DNA of 64,000 bases, taken from sequence record NC_048748.1. The stretch is one strand, 5' to 3'. Below the pieces are notes generated by a model. The model was not told the DNA's origin. It saw nothing but the letters and a program-made list of their open reading frames with translations, and searched no databases. The position numbers were made by a program, and so were the translations under genes. Within the stretch, counting starts at the first letter, position 1. Each line of letters begins with the position of its first letter. Source of the DNA: Escherichia phage vB_EcoS_HdH2. Positions 26,266 to 35,152 of this stretch are shown here, in pieces.

Positions 26266-26292
26266 TACCGAGTCATTTTGGCTCGGTTTTAT
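26266..26292 (+). terminator. rho-independent terminator
   Basis: Hairpin CCGAG-TCATTTTGG-CTCGG followed by TTTT. Confidence 0.5.
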
Positions 26293-26334
26293 CCGTACTC
26301 AAGACCAGTGATAGCATCTTTGGAAAAAATTTAC

Positions 26335-26363
26335 TTGCATGATGCTCAAAATCTTGATATAAT
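26335..26363 (+). promoter_or_regulatory. sigma70 promoter (TTGCAT, 17 nt, TATAAT) with long leader to the 26861 gene
   Basis: TTGCAT at 26335-26340 and TATAAT at 26358-26363, followed by about 490 nt of non-coding sequence. Confidence 0.5.
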
Positions 26364-26860
26364 ATTTATATTGAATCGAGAGACATTAGTAAAAATTAAT
26401 TTTGCTAATTTTTCTTGTTTACAATCCGCGATACGGAACAGTTAGGCTGCCCCATTAAGGGTTGTTTTAACTATTACTAGTGTTTATATTGCATTAGTTA
26501 ATCTTCAATTAAGTGATCTGTGTACCCTGAATTCGGAAAGGTAAATCCAAACCGTGCATATTTAGCTCGTTATATAGGCAGAGTTTTATATGGGGGTGCG
26601 AACGAAAAGAGCAGCGAATGGCGGCACGTACAGTAGTCACCTACCAATAGGATAGTGAGGACAAATAGAATCGGCTTAGCGGCCAATGACCTAGGTTCTA
26701 TTCTGTATATGAGCGAAGAGAGCACAGCACTGAGATATGATAACTTATTCATATTGTTTGATGATAATTGATGTTTACGTAAATAGTAGTAATAGTTGTT
26801 CTATTCTTTCTGAATAGTCCTAAAGAAAAGATTTCGATTAACCAACACAGGAGTATTGTT

Positions 26861-29650
26861 GTGTTTTCTATCCTCCAAGGTCACGCTGGGTTTTCTCGTG
26901 ATTTAGCAACAGGTATTTGGCGAGAAATCAAAGCGGAAGATTATACCTTTGCCAAGCGATTCTCGAAAGAGCATCCAGAAGGTAAACCAGCTTCTATGCC
27001 CTTCAAATTTGATGTAATAGAAGAGCACGACCCTCAAAGCCTTGCCGAAATGTTACCACTTATGAGACGTTTAACGTCTGACCCTCATATCGTTGCGGTA
27101 CGAGGTCGGTGTCTTGCACCTAAAAATAACGTGCGACGTAAGAAAGGTAACTTTAATGTATCTAATCCTAGTAATATTATTGCTATGGACGTGGATGGTA
27201 TCCTAGATACCGGTGGGTATGACAAGTTTAACCTTGTTGGTATGGCCCGCCACATTATTAAGATGTTGAATAGTATTAGTGAGGACATGTTCCCTCTTGA
27301 TGCAGGCTTTATAGCTCATGCATCGTCTTCGGCTGGGCTAAAACCAGGTATCCGAATGCACTTAATGCTAGAATCTAACGTCAAGGTAACTCAGGGTCAG
27401 TTAAAGTTCTTATTTACATCTATCAACGATAGTAGTAAGCAAAAATTTGGTTTTGATATTGCCGACTTAGCTTATTATTCATCTGTCCAGCTCCACTATT
27501 TTGCCGACCCCTTATTTAGTGATGGTATTGTTGATCCGTTTAAAGCGGAGAGTAAGCCACGTCTGGTGTATGTTAAAGGTTCGAAAGTAAATTTGCCCAA
27601 TAATCTGGTTGACTATGAAACAACTAGAGGGGAGTTTAAGGAAGAGTTTTATTCTTTACTTGATCAAATTAAAGGCAAAAAGATCGCGTCTGATAAAGTA
27701 GAAGAAACCATCAGCGAATTGGAAGAAGCTGAGGATGGGGTGTACCTGCGTATTATCCCCAAACTCTACCATAGAGCATTAGAGGATGGTGTTGATTTTG
27801 CATGGCTAGAACGTGAGATTAAACCCGCTTTATCTGAATATATTGCAACTAAAGATAACAGTCGTAATATTCAAGATTACTTTAATAACGGTCGTAAGCA
27901 GGCTCTCAAAGCGTTTGTTAATAATTCTAAACGTGAGATTCCATTAAATCTGAAAGGTGTTCCGCTCAAGAAATTAGAAGTGGATTCTCCACCAGAAGTT
28001 CCGTACCTGAAGATTAACATTGTGCCTCCAAAAGGCCATATAACATTTGTTAAAGCAAGTCTTGGTACTGGTAAGACTACGGCAGTAACTAAATGGCTGG
28101 ACGCAGGTGTTCTTCCTGGCAACTTTTTAGCAGTTACAAATACTAGAGCACTGGTATCTTCAAACGCTAAGAAATTTAGCGCAGGACAATATGATAAGTC
28201 TGTAGATATGCTCAACTTTAAACGTGGAGCTATTGATCGTATGTCCACGACTATTCACTCTTTGCATAAGTTCAAAAGTTTTATTGGTCAAATAGATACC
28301 ATTTTTATTGATGAATGTGATGCTGTAATGAATGATCTATTATTCGCACCTGTTGTTAAGCAACGTCGCGAATGTATTCAAGTTCTACGTGACATCCTCA
28401 TGACAGCTAAAACTGTAATTCTATCAGATGGTGATATTAGTGCCGAAACTATTGAAGCATATGGTTCTCTAATTGATTTTGATAAACCAGTAGCATTTTA
28501 TAATCATCACCGTAAGATGCTGTCAAAAGCTCATGCTTATGAGTTCCCTGATGAATCCAGTATTTGGGTTGCACTTCAGACTTCCCTGGAGATGGGTGAG
28601 AAATCTATCCTAGTATCTGACTGTGGGCCAGATGAACTGAATGAGAAGGGCATGGCGTTGCGTCGTAATACGGGTGCGTTAGTTAAGGAAATCCACTCAA
28701 ACTCTACGTCTGATGTAGATATTAGACGTATTCTGGATTACACAACTAATGAACTAATTGATCAACAAATTGATTGCTTATTATGTAGTCCATCCGTAAC
28801 GAGTGGTGTTGACTTTAACTATTTTGATAACGTATTTGTTATTACTAGAACTAGTAATCAAGCGCCAAACATGCGCTTTCAAGCAATCAGGCGCGACCGT
28901 GGTGCTCAGAATATCTATTATTTTATTGATAAATCCACTAGTGGATTCTCCGCAGGTTCTGAACAGTATAATATTGATGAAGGTTGGCTGGAGTTAGCAC
29001 AGCAATTATACGCACGTCGCAGGGAGCTGGAATCTAGGAACTATACTAGTACTTTACGTTATTACTTGCTTGATCAAGGTGCAACTATTGATATTTTCAG
29101 CGAAAGCTGGGGAACTATTGAAGGTGCTGGTAAAGAATATACAGAAGAGCGAATCAAAGCCATTCTGCATTCAACTCCGGATTATTGTGCTCCACGTCAT
29201 GCGGATGCGTATGAAGCTAAACTACTTCTTGTTCGCTATTATCATCTTGAGTCTATTAAAGATGTAACAGTTGAGCATGTTGAACAATATATCAAAGATA
29301 AACCGAATGATCGAGCCGCCTTCTTCCATAAGATGCACGAGATGTTTTGGGAAGATATTAAGAAGTGTTCAAATGTAACCATTAAACCATTCATAGAAGC
29401 TCTGAAAGGTAAGAAAAAGGACTTCTTCCTTAAAACAGGTCAAAGTGCTAACCCAAAATATGCTAGAATGTATCTTGGTATGATGGGTATTGGTAAGGAT
29501 ATGAACACTGAAAATATCGTAGACTGGTATAGAACCTATTGTAAAATCGAGTGTATGCCAATCCCTTATAAGTTCATGACTGACGAGGAAAGACATATGC
29601 ACGATGAAGCAATGGCAGAGCTAGGTGCTAGAAATGACAGTGAAGAATAA
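26861..29650 (+). CDS. large P-loop helicase-like protein (929 aa), possible replication-origin-binding helicase
   Basis: Walker A ASLGTGKTTA, Walker B IFIDECD; GTG start behind ACAGGAG RBS. Confidence 0.5.
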   Translation: MFSILQGHAGFSRDLATGIWREIKAEDYTFAKRFSKEHPEGKPASMPFKFDVIEEHDPQSLAEMLPLMRRLTSDPHIVAVRGRCLAPKNNVRRKKGNFNVSNPSNIIAMDVDGILDTGGYDKFNLVGMARHIIKMLNSISEDMFPLDAGFIAHASSSAGLKPGIRMHLMLESNVKVTQGQLKFLFTSINDSSKQKFGFDIADLAYYSSVQLHYFADPLFSDGIVDPFKAESKPRLVYVKGSKVNLPNNLVDYETTRGEFKEEFYSLLDQIKGKKIASDKVEETISELEEAEDGVYLRIIPKLYHRALEDGVDFAWLEREIKPALSEYIATKDNSRNIQDYFNNGRKQALKAFVNNSKREIPLNLKGVPLKKLEVDSPPEVPYLKINIVPPKGHITFVKASLGTGKTTAVTKWLDAGVLPGNFLAVTNTRALVSSNAKKFSAGQYDKSVDMLNFKRGAIDRMSTTIHSLHKFKSFIGQIDTIFIDECDAVMNDLLFAPVVKQRRECIQVLRDILMTAKTVILSDGDISAETIEAYGSLIDFDKPVAFYNHHRKMLSKAHAYEFPDESSIWVALQTSLEMGEKSILVSDCGPDELNEKGMALRRNTGALVKEIHSNSTSDVDIRRILDYTTNELIDQQIDCLLCSPSVTSGVDFNYFDNVFVITRTSNQAPNMRFQAIRRDRGAQNIYYFIDKSTSGFSAGSEQYNIDEGWLELAQQLYARRRELESRNYTSTLRYYLLDQGATIDIFSESWGTIEGAGKEYTEERIKAILHSTPDYCAPRHADAYEAKLLLVRYYHLESIKDVTVEHVEQYIKDKPNDRAAFFHKMHEMFWEDIKKCSNVTIKPFIEALKGKKKDFFLKTGQSANPKYARMYLGMMGIGKDMNTENIVDWYRTYCKIECMPIPYKFMTDEERHMHDEAMAELGARNDSEE

Positions 29651-29867
29651 AAAATGGGAAACAAGGAAGTTTCCAGTAAAAGAACGTAAAGTTCCTGTTT
29701 ACGATACTTCGGAAAAGCTATGTAGGGTGGTACCGCACAGATTAGCTGGCATCCCTAACATATCCGAATGGTTACTTAAACAACGGAGGACTAACGTATC
29801 TCTTCGCATAGGGTTTGAGTTAGATAAAGTATATGCTGAACTTTCTTCTTTGCTCAAAGAATCATAA
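29634..29867 (+). CDS. hypothetical protein (about 77 aa)
   Basis: ORF overlapping the helicase 3' end in another frame; start uncertain. Confidence 0.35.
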   Translation: MTVKNKKWETRKFPVKERKVPVYDTSEKLCRVVPHRLAGIPNISEWLLKQRRTNVSLRIGFELDKVYAELSSLLKES

Positions 29868-29915
29868 AAAATTTATTTGCTTTCAGGAAAATTTTTCTGT
29901 ATAATAGATTCATAA
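29861..29915 (+). promoter_or_regulatory. phage T5 P-N25-type early promoter
   Basis: TCATAAAAAATTTATTTGCTTTCAGGAAAATTTTTCTGTATAATAGATTCATAAATTTGAGAG matches the T5 N25 promoter as I recall it; -35 TTGCTT at 29877-29882, -10 TATAAT at 29900-29905, 17-nt spacer. Confidence 0.8.
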
Positions 29916-29938
29916 ATTTGAGAGAGAGGAGTTTAAAT

Positions 29939-30643
29939 ATGGCTGGTTCTCGCAGAAAGAAACATATCCATGAAATCCCGGATGAAGTCTTTAAAAAAGT
30001 TATAGAGCATCTGGAGAACGGTGGTACTAAGAAAGCAGCATGTGAAATGCTCGGCGTATCATCCAACCCAACTATGGAAAGGATGATAGAAGAGTGGCAA
30101 GATCGCCAAATTCAAGTTGCCGAGATGAAGAAAAAGAAACGTGGCACACTCATTGAAGGCATTGAGTTAGCTAACGTTATTGAGCAGTATTTATCTGGTG
30201 ATTCTTTTGAAGAAATTGCCGATCGTAATTACCGCTCTGTAGCAATGGTTAAATCTGTTCTGGAACGATATGGTGCTCTACTTCGTTTGAACGATATTGT
30301 AGATCCATTGAATCCTCCAATTATTCCTGATGATGCTGTAGCAGAAGAATTTGCAGTTGGTGAGCTTGTTTGGGTTCCTGGGTACCAGTGTATCGGTGAA
30401 ATCAAAAAAGCAATGGATAATCCTGTTGGCTGTTATCGAGTCTGGTTACTATCGGAAGGCAAACAACAGAACGTTCATTATATGAATTACGAGCTGGCCT
30501 CTGTTAAACATCTGGAAAAGTTAGGGGTTGATGTAAAGTCTCTGGGGTATAAATGGACTCGGGAAGAAGTCATTACGTTGATTAACGAAGCTGTTAAGGC
30601 CGCCTTGAAACTTGATAAAGAAAAAGGAAAACGCCGTGAGTAG
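29939..30643 (+). CDS. helix-turn-helix DNA-binding protein (234 aa), possible early transcription regulator
   Basis: HTH-like segment GGTKKAACEMLGVSSNPTMERMI; ATG behind GAGAGAGGAG RBS directly downstream of the N25-type promoter. Confidence 0.5.
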   Translation: MAGSRRKKHIHEIPDEVFKKVIEHLENGGTKKAACEMLGVSSNPTMERMIEEWQDRQIQVAEMKKKKRGTLIEGIELANVIEQYLSGDSFEEIADRNYRSVAMVKSVLERYGALLRLNDIVDPLNPPIIPDDAVAEEFAVGELVWVPGYQCIGEIKKAMDNPVGCYRVWLLSEGKQQNVHYMNYELASVKHLEKLGVDVKSLGYKWTREEVITLINEAVKAALKLDKEKGKRRE

Positions 30644-30887
30644 ACTAACTGATTTACTTAAAGATGGGGAAGTAAAAACACTATATCGTAGAAGCTGGGA
30701 TAACGATAATAACGGCTTAGTGTTACTAACTTTAGATGCTGACTCGGATGTAGCTACTCAGCATACCTGGGTAGCCGGTAACTATCCATACAGCGAGGTT
30801 GTTTCATTAACAGTATGCGAAGCTATTGCAGACGATTGGGAGGTTGCCAGCATCGAGGATATGCTCGCTGTTGGCCTGGTGGAGTAA
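30612..30887 (+). CDS. hypothetical protein (84-91 aa, start uncertain: TTG 30612 or GTG 30636)
   Basis: ORF overlapping the stop of the previous gene. Confidence 0.35.
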   Translation: MIKKKENAVSRLTDLLKDGEVKTLYRRSWDNDNNGLVLLTLDADSDVATQHTWVAGNYPYSEVVSLTVCEAIADDWEVASIEDMLAVGLVE

Positions 30888-30904
30888 CTACTTAAAAATT
30901 TCAG

Positions 30905-30932
30905 TTGCTTAATCCTACAATTCTTGATATAA
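30905..30932 (+). promoter_or_regulatory. early sigma70 promoter (TTGCTT ... TGATATAAT)
   Basis: -35 and extended -10 with 17-nt spacing upstream of the 30991 gene. Confidence 0.55.
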
Positions 30933-30990
30933 TATTCTCATAGTTTGAAAGAACTATTCTGTTTAATTCTTAATTAAGGAAATATAAAAT

Positions 30991-31401
30991 ATGACTACTC
31001 CAACTCAGTGGACTGATGAACTGTTCGAAAAAATGTCTTCCGAATACGTTGCTCGTATGGAGCAATTCCCAGAGGATGAACGTCCGGGTGTTAGCATGGA
31101 AATTGTTAGCGAAATTGCCCAGGAAAACGGCGTAACTCCGAACGGTTTTCGTATGAAGCTGACTAAAGCAGGTTTGTATATCAAGAAAGCTGCTGGCTCT
31201 GCTTCTAAATCTAGCGCATCTACTGGAGAAAAAGCTTCCAGTGGTTCTCGTACCTCCAAAGCCCAGGCTCATGCCGACCTTCGTTCAGCATTCTCTGATG
31301 CTGGCCTAGCACCAGATTTTCTGGATGATGCAATTATCGACAAACTGACCGGCAAAGCGGCTGCTCATCTGGCAGAAGCAATCCGAGCTATCACTAAGTA
31401 A
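30991..31401 (+). CDS. hypothetical protein (136 aa) with Ser/Ala-rich linker
   Basis: ORF with AAGGAAAT RBS. Confidence 0.5.
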   Translation: MTTPTQWTDELFEKMSSEYVARMEQFPEDERPGVSMEIVSEIAQENGVTPNGFRMKLTKAGLYIKKAAGSASKSSASTGEKASSGSRTSKAQAHADLRSAFSDAGLAPDFLDDAIIDKLTGKAAAHLAEAIRAITK

Positions 31402-31437
31402 TTTTTAGATAAATCCACCAACAAAAGGAACACAGTT

Positions 31438-31734
31438 ATGACCAAAGCTGAAATTATTGCACAATGTGAAAAATTTGGTGAGTTTTATCTTCATTACGAG
31501 AAACTTCGTCAGAAAGGAACCACATACCTTCAGGGTACGATGGAATTTGATCCAGCCCAGGATAAATATCTGGCTGAGCGTATTAAACGTGAACGTATTC
31601 GTAAAGCGAAAGATGATGAAATCCTTGTCTTCTCTCGTACTAATGATAGTTTCCGTTTTATTCCTGTCGAGAAAGTCCGTCGTGTGACTAGCCTCCAATC
31701 AGAGTTAGATCGTGCCTCTCCAGTAGGCCGATAA
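31438..31734 (+). CDS. hypothetical protein (98 aa)
   Basis: ORF with AAGGAACAC RBS; followed by a terminator. Confidence 0.5.
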   Translation: MTKAEIIAQCEKFGEFYLHYEKLRQKGTTYLQGTMEFDPAQDKYLAERIKRERIRKAKDDEILVFSRTNDSFRFIPVEKVRRVTSLQSELDRASPVGR

Positions 31735-31744
31735 GAAACCAATT

Positions 31745-31767
31745 AGCCCCTATATGGGGCTTTTTGT
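31745..31767 (+). terminator. rho-independent terminator
   Basis: Hairpin AGCCCC-TATAT-GGGGCT followed by TTTTTGT. Confidence 0.65.
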
Positions 31768-31784
31768 GTATTTGGGATATGTAA

Positions 31785-32093
31785 ATGAGCGAACAGGTAA
31801 ATCAAAACTATGAAGGACACGTTGATGACCAGTCCATCATACTTTGGGAGAAGGAGGGAGAACAAGTAAGATTAACAGTATCTGAATTTCGTGGGAATCT
31901 ATACATGGGTATTCGTTACTGGCTTCTTGATATTAATGATGAATGGTTTCCAACGAAATCTGGCTTCTCTTTTCCTTACACTCTAGAAACAACATCACAG
32001 CTTTTCTATGCGTTTACACAGATTCTTAGCGAATCTGAGGTTTTACATGAAGTACAGAAACGAGCTGAAGAACTCAAAGCCAAGAATGCCTAG
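31785..32093 (+). CDS. PC4-like single-stranded DNA-binding protein
   Basis: PC4-fold-like core (SIILWEKEG, RLTVSEFRGNLYMGIRYW, WFPTKSGFSF); a PC4 homolog has been described in T5. Confidence 0.5.
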   Translation: MSEQVNQNYEGHVDDQSIILWEKEGEQVRLTVSEFRGNLYMGIRYWLLDINDEWFPTKSGFSFPYTLETTSQLFYAFTQILSESEVLHEVQKRAEELKAKNA

Positions 32094-32108
32094 TTCTTGG
32101 CTTTTTCT
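32078..32108 (+). terminator. rho-independent terminator
   Basis: Hairpin AGCCAAGAA-loop-TTCTTGGCT followed by TTTTTC. Confidence 0.55.
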
Positions 32109-32119
32109 TTATAAATGTA

Positions 32120-32150
32120 TTTGCTTTCAACTCAGTTTTGTTATATAATA
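32120..32150 (+). promoter_or_regulatory. early sigma70 promoter (TTGCTT ... TATATAAT)
   Basis: Same architecture as the N25-type promoters; precedes the 32179 gene. Confidence 0.55.
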
Positions 32151-32178
32151 TTTATATAAATTGATAAGAGGATCAATT

Positions 32179-32367
32179 ATGAAAGTAACACTTCCAAAAA
32201 TTCAAGCAAAGCTAAATCTAGTATCGAATGCTAGAAATAACTATCTAGATAACTTTGGTGGAATCAACGATAAAGCGTACAAAGATGCGTGGTTGAAAGA
32301 AGCGCAAGAGTTAGCCGATCTCATTGCTCAGTATAATAAAGAACTACGGGTAGAAATGAATGACTAA
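32179..32367 (+). CDS. hypothetical protein (62 aa)
   Basis: Start at ATG (MKVTLPK) behind AGAGGA RBS. Confidence 0.45.
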   Translation: MKVTLPKIQAKLNLVSNARNNYLDNFGGINDKAYKDAWLKEAQELADLIAQYNKELRVEMND

Positions 32368-33331
32368 TGTAAAAGACTTTATTAAACGCTGTCAAGAAGC
32401 ATATTATCAAGGCATGTCTTTAATCTCTGATGAAGAATATGATCGCCTGGTAAAACGCTTCCCATTAGAAGAAGAGATTGGGCCTAAGGGTGATATTCCA
32501 CATCTGTACCGTATGTATTCTTTACAGAAAGTTTATTATAATCGTGGAGATAAACCTCCGTTTAACCCATTAGGTCAGGTAGAAACTGATAAGTTAGATG
32601 GTTGTGCGATTTCTCTGCTATATATTAATGGCGAATTTGTTCAAGCACTAACTCGTGGTAATGGTATTCTAGGAAATGATGTCACAAGCAACGTAAGATT
32701 GCTGAACATCCCCAAAAAGATTTCCCAAAAAGTACCTACTCAAATCACTGGTGAAGTTCTAATTACAAAAGAAGTAGAAAATAAACGTAACTTTGCCTCT
32801 GGTGCTATTAACCTCAAAGATAGCGATGATTTCGTACAACGTATCGGGGAAGGTGGTTTAATCTTCGTTGCATATGGTATCCAGTGTTCTGCTGAATCTG
32901 TAGGTATTACAGAAGCGTATTTAAAAGATATGCTTTGGCTGGAGAATGAGAACTTCTTAACAGTTGTTAATGTGCGTTCCTTCTTTAAATGGATTCCTAC
33001 TGATGGTAAAGTTGTTCGTATTAATGACAACAACAAATTCTTCCGAGAAGGCTGGACTAATAAATTCCCTCGTGGAGCATTCGCTATTAAAGAGGATGAA
33101 GAAGGCGAGATTACAACTCTTACTAAAGTTGAGTGGCAGGTAGGGGCTTCTGGTAAAGTAACTCCAGTTGGTTATTTCGAACCGGTAATTATTGATGATG
33201 CTACGATTGTTAAAGCGACTCTCAATAACGTTGATTATATTAACTCTCTCGATCTAGAGATCGGTTGCCAGATTCGAGTGATTCGTGCTGGTGGTGTAAT
33301 CCCGTGCATAGTAGAGCGAGTATACGATTAA
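32360..33331 (+). CDS. ligA: NAD-dependent DNA ligase, N-terminal adenylation/OB part (separate ORF)
   Basis: LigA-like Ia region and KxDG adenylation motif (TDKLDGCAISLLY); ends at a stop at 33331. Confidence 0.7.
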   Translation: MTNVKDFIKRCQEAYYQGMSLISDEEYDRLVKRFPLEEEIGPKGDIPHLYRMYSLQKVYYNRGDKPPFNPLGQVETDKLDGCAISLLYINGEFVQALTRGNGILGNDVTSNVRLLNIPKKISQKVPTQITGEVLITKEVENKRNFASGAINLKDSDDFVQRIGEGGLIFVAYGIQCSAESVGITEAYLKDMLWLENENFLTVVNVRSFFKWIPTDGKVVRINDNNKFFREGWTNKFPRGAFAIKEDEEGEITTLTKVEWQVGASGKVTPVGYFEPVIIDDATIVKATLNNVDYINSLDLEIGCQIRVIRAGGVIPCIVERVYD

Positions 33332-33381
33332 TACATAACCCTTTGCTACCCATCTACCATATCGGAATTATAAAGTGGTTA

Positions 33382-33410
33382 TTGACATTTTCGCCGCTTA
33401 GGTATATACT
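33382..33410 (+). promoter_or_regulatory. sigma70 promoter (TTGACA, 17 nt, TATACT) between the two ligase ORFs
   Basis: TTGACATTTTCGCCG 15-mer shared with the promoter at 4316; a second TGCTATAAT-type promoter lies at about 33480-33505. Confidence 0.55.
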
Positions 33411-33533
33411 ATTATCATTCAGTTGAGGGATAGAAAGTTATGGCGAGGGTAAGCAAAGTTAATTAAAATTGTAGTTGCTAAATGCTTAAATACTTGCTAT
33501 AATATTTATATAAATTGATAAGGAAGAAATTTG

Positions 33534-34310
33534 ATGAAAATCGAAATTCCAACACAATGTCCCTCTTGTGGTTCTAAGCTAGATCTTGTCAACGGACAAT
33601 TATTCTGTCGTAATAAGTCCAACTGTCCAGCGCAATCAAGTAAGTTAATTGAGAACTTCTGTACAAAAATGAAGTTAAAGGGCTTTGGCCCGAAAACTAT
33701 TGAGAAGCTGGAGCTGACGAAGATTTCAGAACTATTTTACCTAACCGAAGAAGATTTGGTTAGAGCCGTGGGTAGCAAGGTTGCCGCTAAGTTAATTAGC
33801 GAATTAAATACTAAAGTTCGCGGAGACATTGACTTTGGTTCAGTTCTCGGTTCTTTAGGAATCCCTCTAATTGGAGAGGTTGCAGCAAAGAAATTATCCC
33901 AAAATTGCACTAGCTTTCAAGATGTGAGAGCTGACGGCAAGGCTGGAGAAAACTATAAAGCCTGGCTAAATTCCCCACAAGGCAAGGATGTTATCGAATT
34001 ACCGTGGAAATTCTCAAATGGTATTAAGGGTGCTAAAGCTGAGGTCATCACTGATGGTCTAGTAGCCCAACCAAACGGAATAACGGTATGTATTACCGGA
34101 TCTTTGCAAGATTTTGCAAATCGAACGGATGCAACAAACTATTTAGAAGGTCTAGGATATACGGTTAAGAAATCCGTTACTAAAGACGTCAAATACCTAA
34201 TCTGTGAGGATGAATCGAAGCGTTCTTCCTCATCTTATAAGAAAGCCGAAACGAATGGGATAGAAATCCTGTCGATTAAAGAACTATTGGAGAAAAATAA
34301 TAATGTCTAA
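33534..34310 (+). CDS. ligA: NAD-dependent DNA ligase, C-terminal Zn-finger/HhH/BRCT part (separate ORF)
   Basis: Zinc-finger cysteines CPSCGSKL...CRNKSNC, HhH-like region, BRCT-like C-terminus. Confidence 0.7.
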   Translation: MKIEIPTQCPSCGSKLDLVNGQLFCRNKSNCPAQSSKLIENFCTKMKLKGFGPKTIEKLELTKISELFYLTEEDLVRAVGSKVAAKLISELNTKVRGDIDFGSVLGSLGIPLIGEVAAKKLSQNCTSFQDVRADGKAGENYKAWLNSPQGKDVIELPWKFSNGIKGAKAEVITDGLVAQPNGITVCITGSLQDFANRTDATNYLEGLGYTVKKSVTKDVKYLICEDESKRSSSSYKKAETNGIEILSIKELLEKNNNV

Positions 34311-35070
34311 ACTGAACTGGAACGTAGAAGGTGTAACCGAGTCTCTGAAAGCAAAAGCCACTGCTCTGGGTGTTGATGTAATCTCTCAAGAACAAGTAGC
34401 TGCTATCGCCGCTGAACTGGCTGCTGAAACTGGCAAAGACGTTACCGCTCGCTCTGTTGGCTCTAAGCTGCGTAAAGAAGGTTTCGAAGTACAGAAAGCT
34501 AACGAAGTACAGAAATCCCCGTGGACTCCTGAGCAGGAAGCTGAACTGGTTGATTTCCTGAACGCTCATGCTGGTCAGTATACTTATGCTGAAATCGCTG
34601 CTGCTGTAGCTGGTGGTCAGTTCGGTGCTAAACAGGTACAGGGTAAGATCCTGAGTCTGGAAATGACCGCTTCTGTTAAACCAACTGAAAAAGCTGCTGC
34701 TGTTCGTTCCTTCACTCCTGATGAAGAAACTGATTTTGTTAATCAGGTTGTTGCTGGGGCTACTATTGAAGCTATCGCTGCTCACTTCGGTCGTAATATC
34801 AAACAGATCCGTGGTAAAGCTCTGAGTCTGCTCCGTGAAGGTCGTATCGCTGCTATGCCGGTACAGGAAACTTCAAGTGCTAAAACTCGTGAAGATCTGC
34901 TAGAAGGTCTGGATCTGGTTAACATGACCGTTGCTGAGATCGCTGAGAAAACTGGTAAGTCTGAGCGTGGTGTTAAATCTATGCTGTCTCGTCGTGGTCT
35001 GGTTGCTAAGGACTATGATGGTGCCGCTAAGCGTGCTAAACTGGATGCAAAAGCTGCGGCTGCTGAATAA
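34303..35070 (+). CDS. hypothetical protein with internally repeated Ala-rich domains; codon usage suggests high expression
   Basis: Repeats around ...EIAAAVAGG... / ...EAIAAHFG... / ...EIAEKTG...; strongly biased codons; followed by a strong terminator. Confidence 0.5.
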   Translation: MSKLNWNVEGVTESLKAKATALGVDVISQEQVAAIAAELAAETGKDVTARSVGSKLRKEGFEVQKANEVQKSPWTPEQEAELVDFLNAHAGQYTYAEIAAAVAGGQFGAKQVQGKILSLEMTASVKPTEKAAAVRSFTPDEETDFVNQVVAGATIEAIAAHFGRNIKQIRGKALSLLREGRIAAMPVQETSSAKTREDLLEGLDLVNMTVAEIAEKTGKSERGVKSMLSRRGLVAKDYDGAAKRAKLDAKAAAAE

Positions 35071-35085
35071 TCTGGTAAATTAAAC

Positions 35086-35120
35086 CTAAGGGGAGGGGGC
35101 TATGCTCCTTCCCCTTTTTG
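35086..35120 (+). terminator. rho-independent terminator
   Basis: Hairpin AAGGGGAGGG-loop-CCTTCCCCTT followed by TTTTG. Confidence 0.65.
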
Positions 35121-35152
35121 CATTTAGAAGGCACGAAAGCGTGCAAAGGAGA

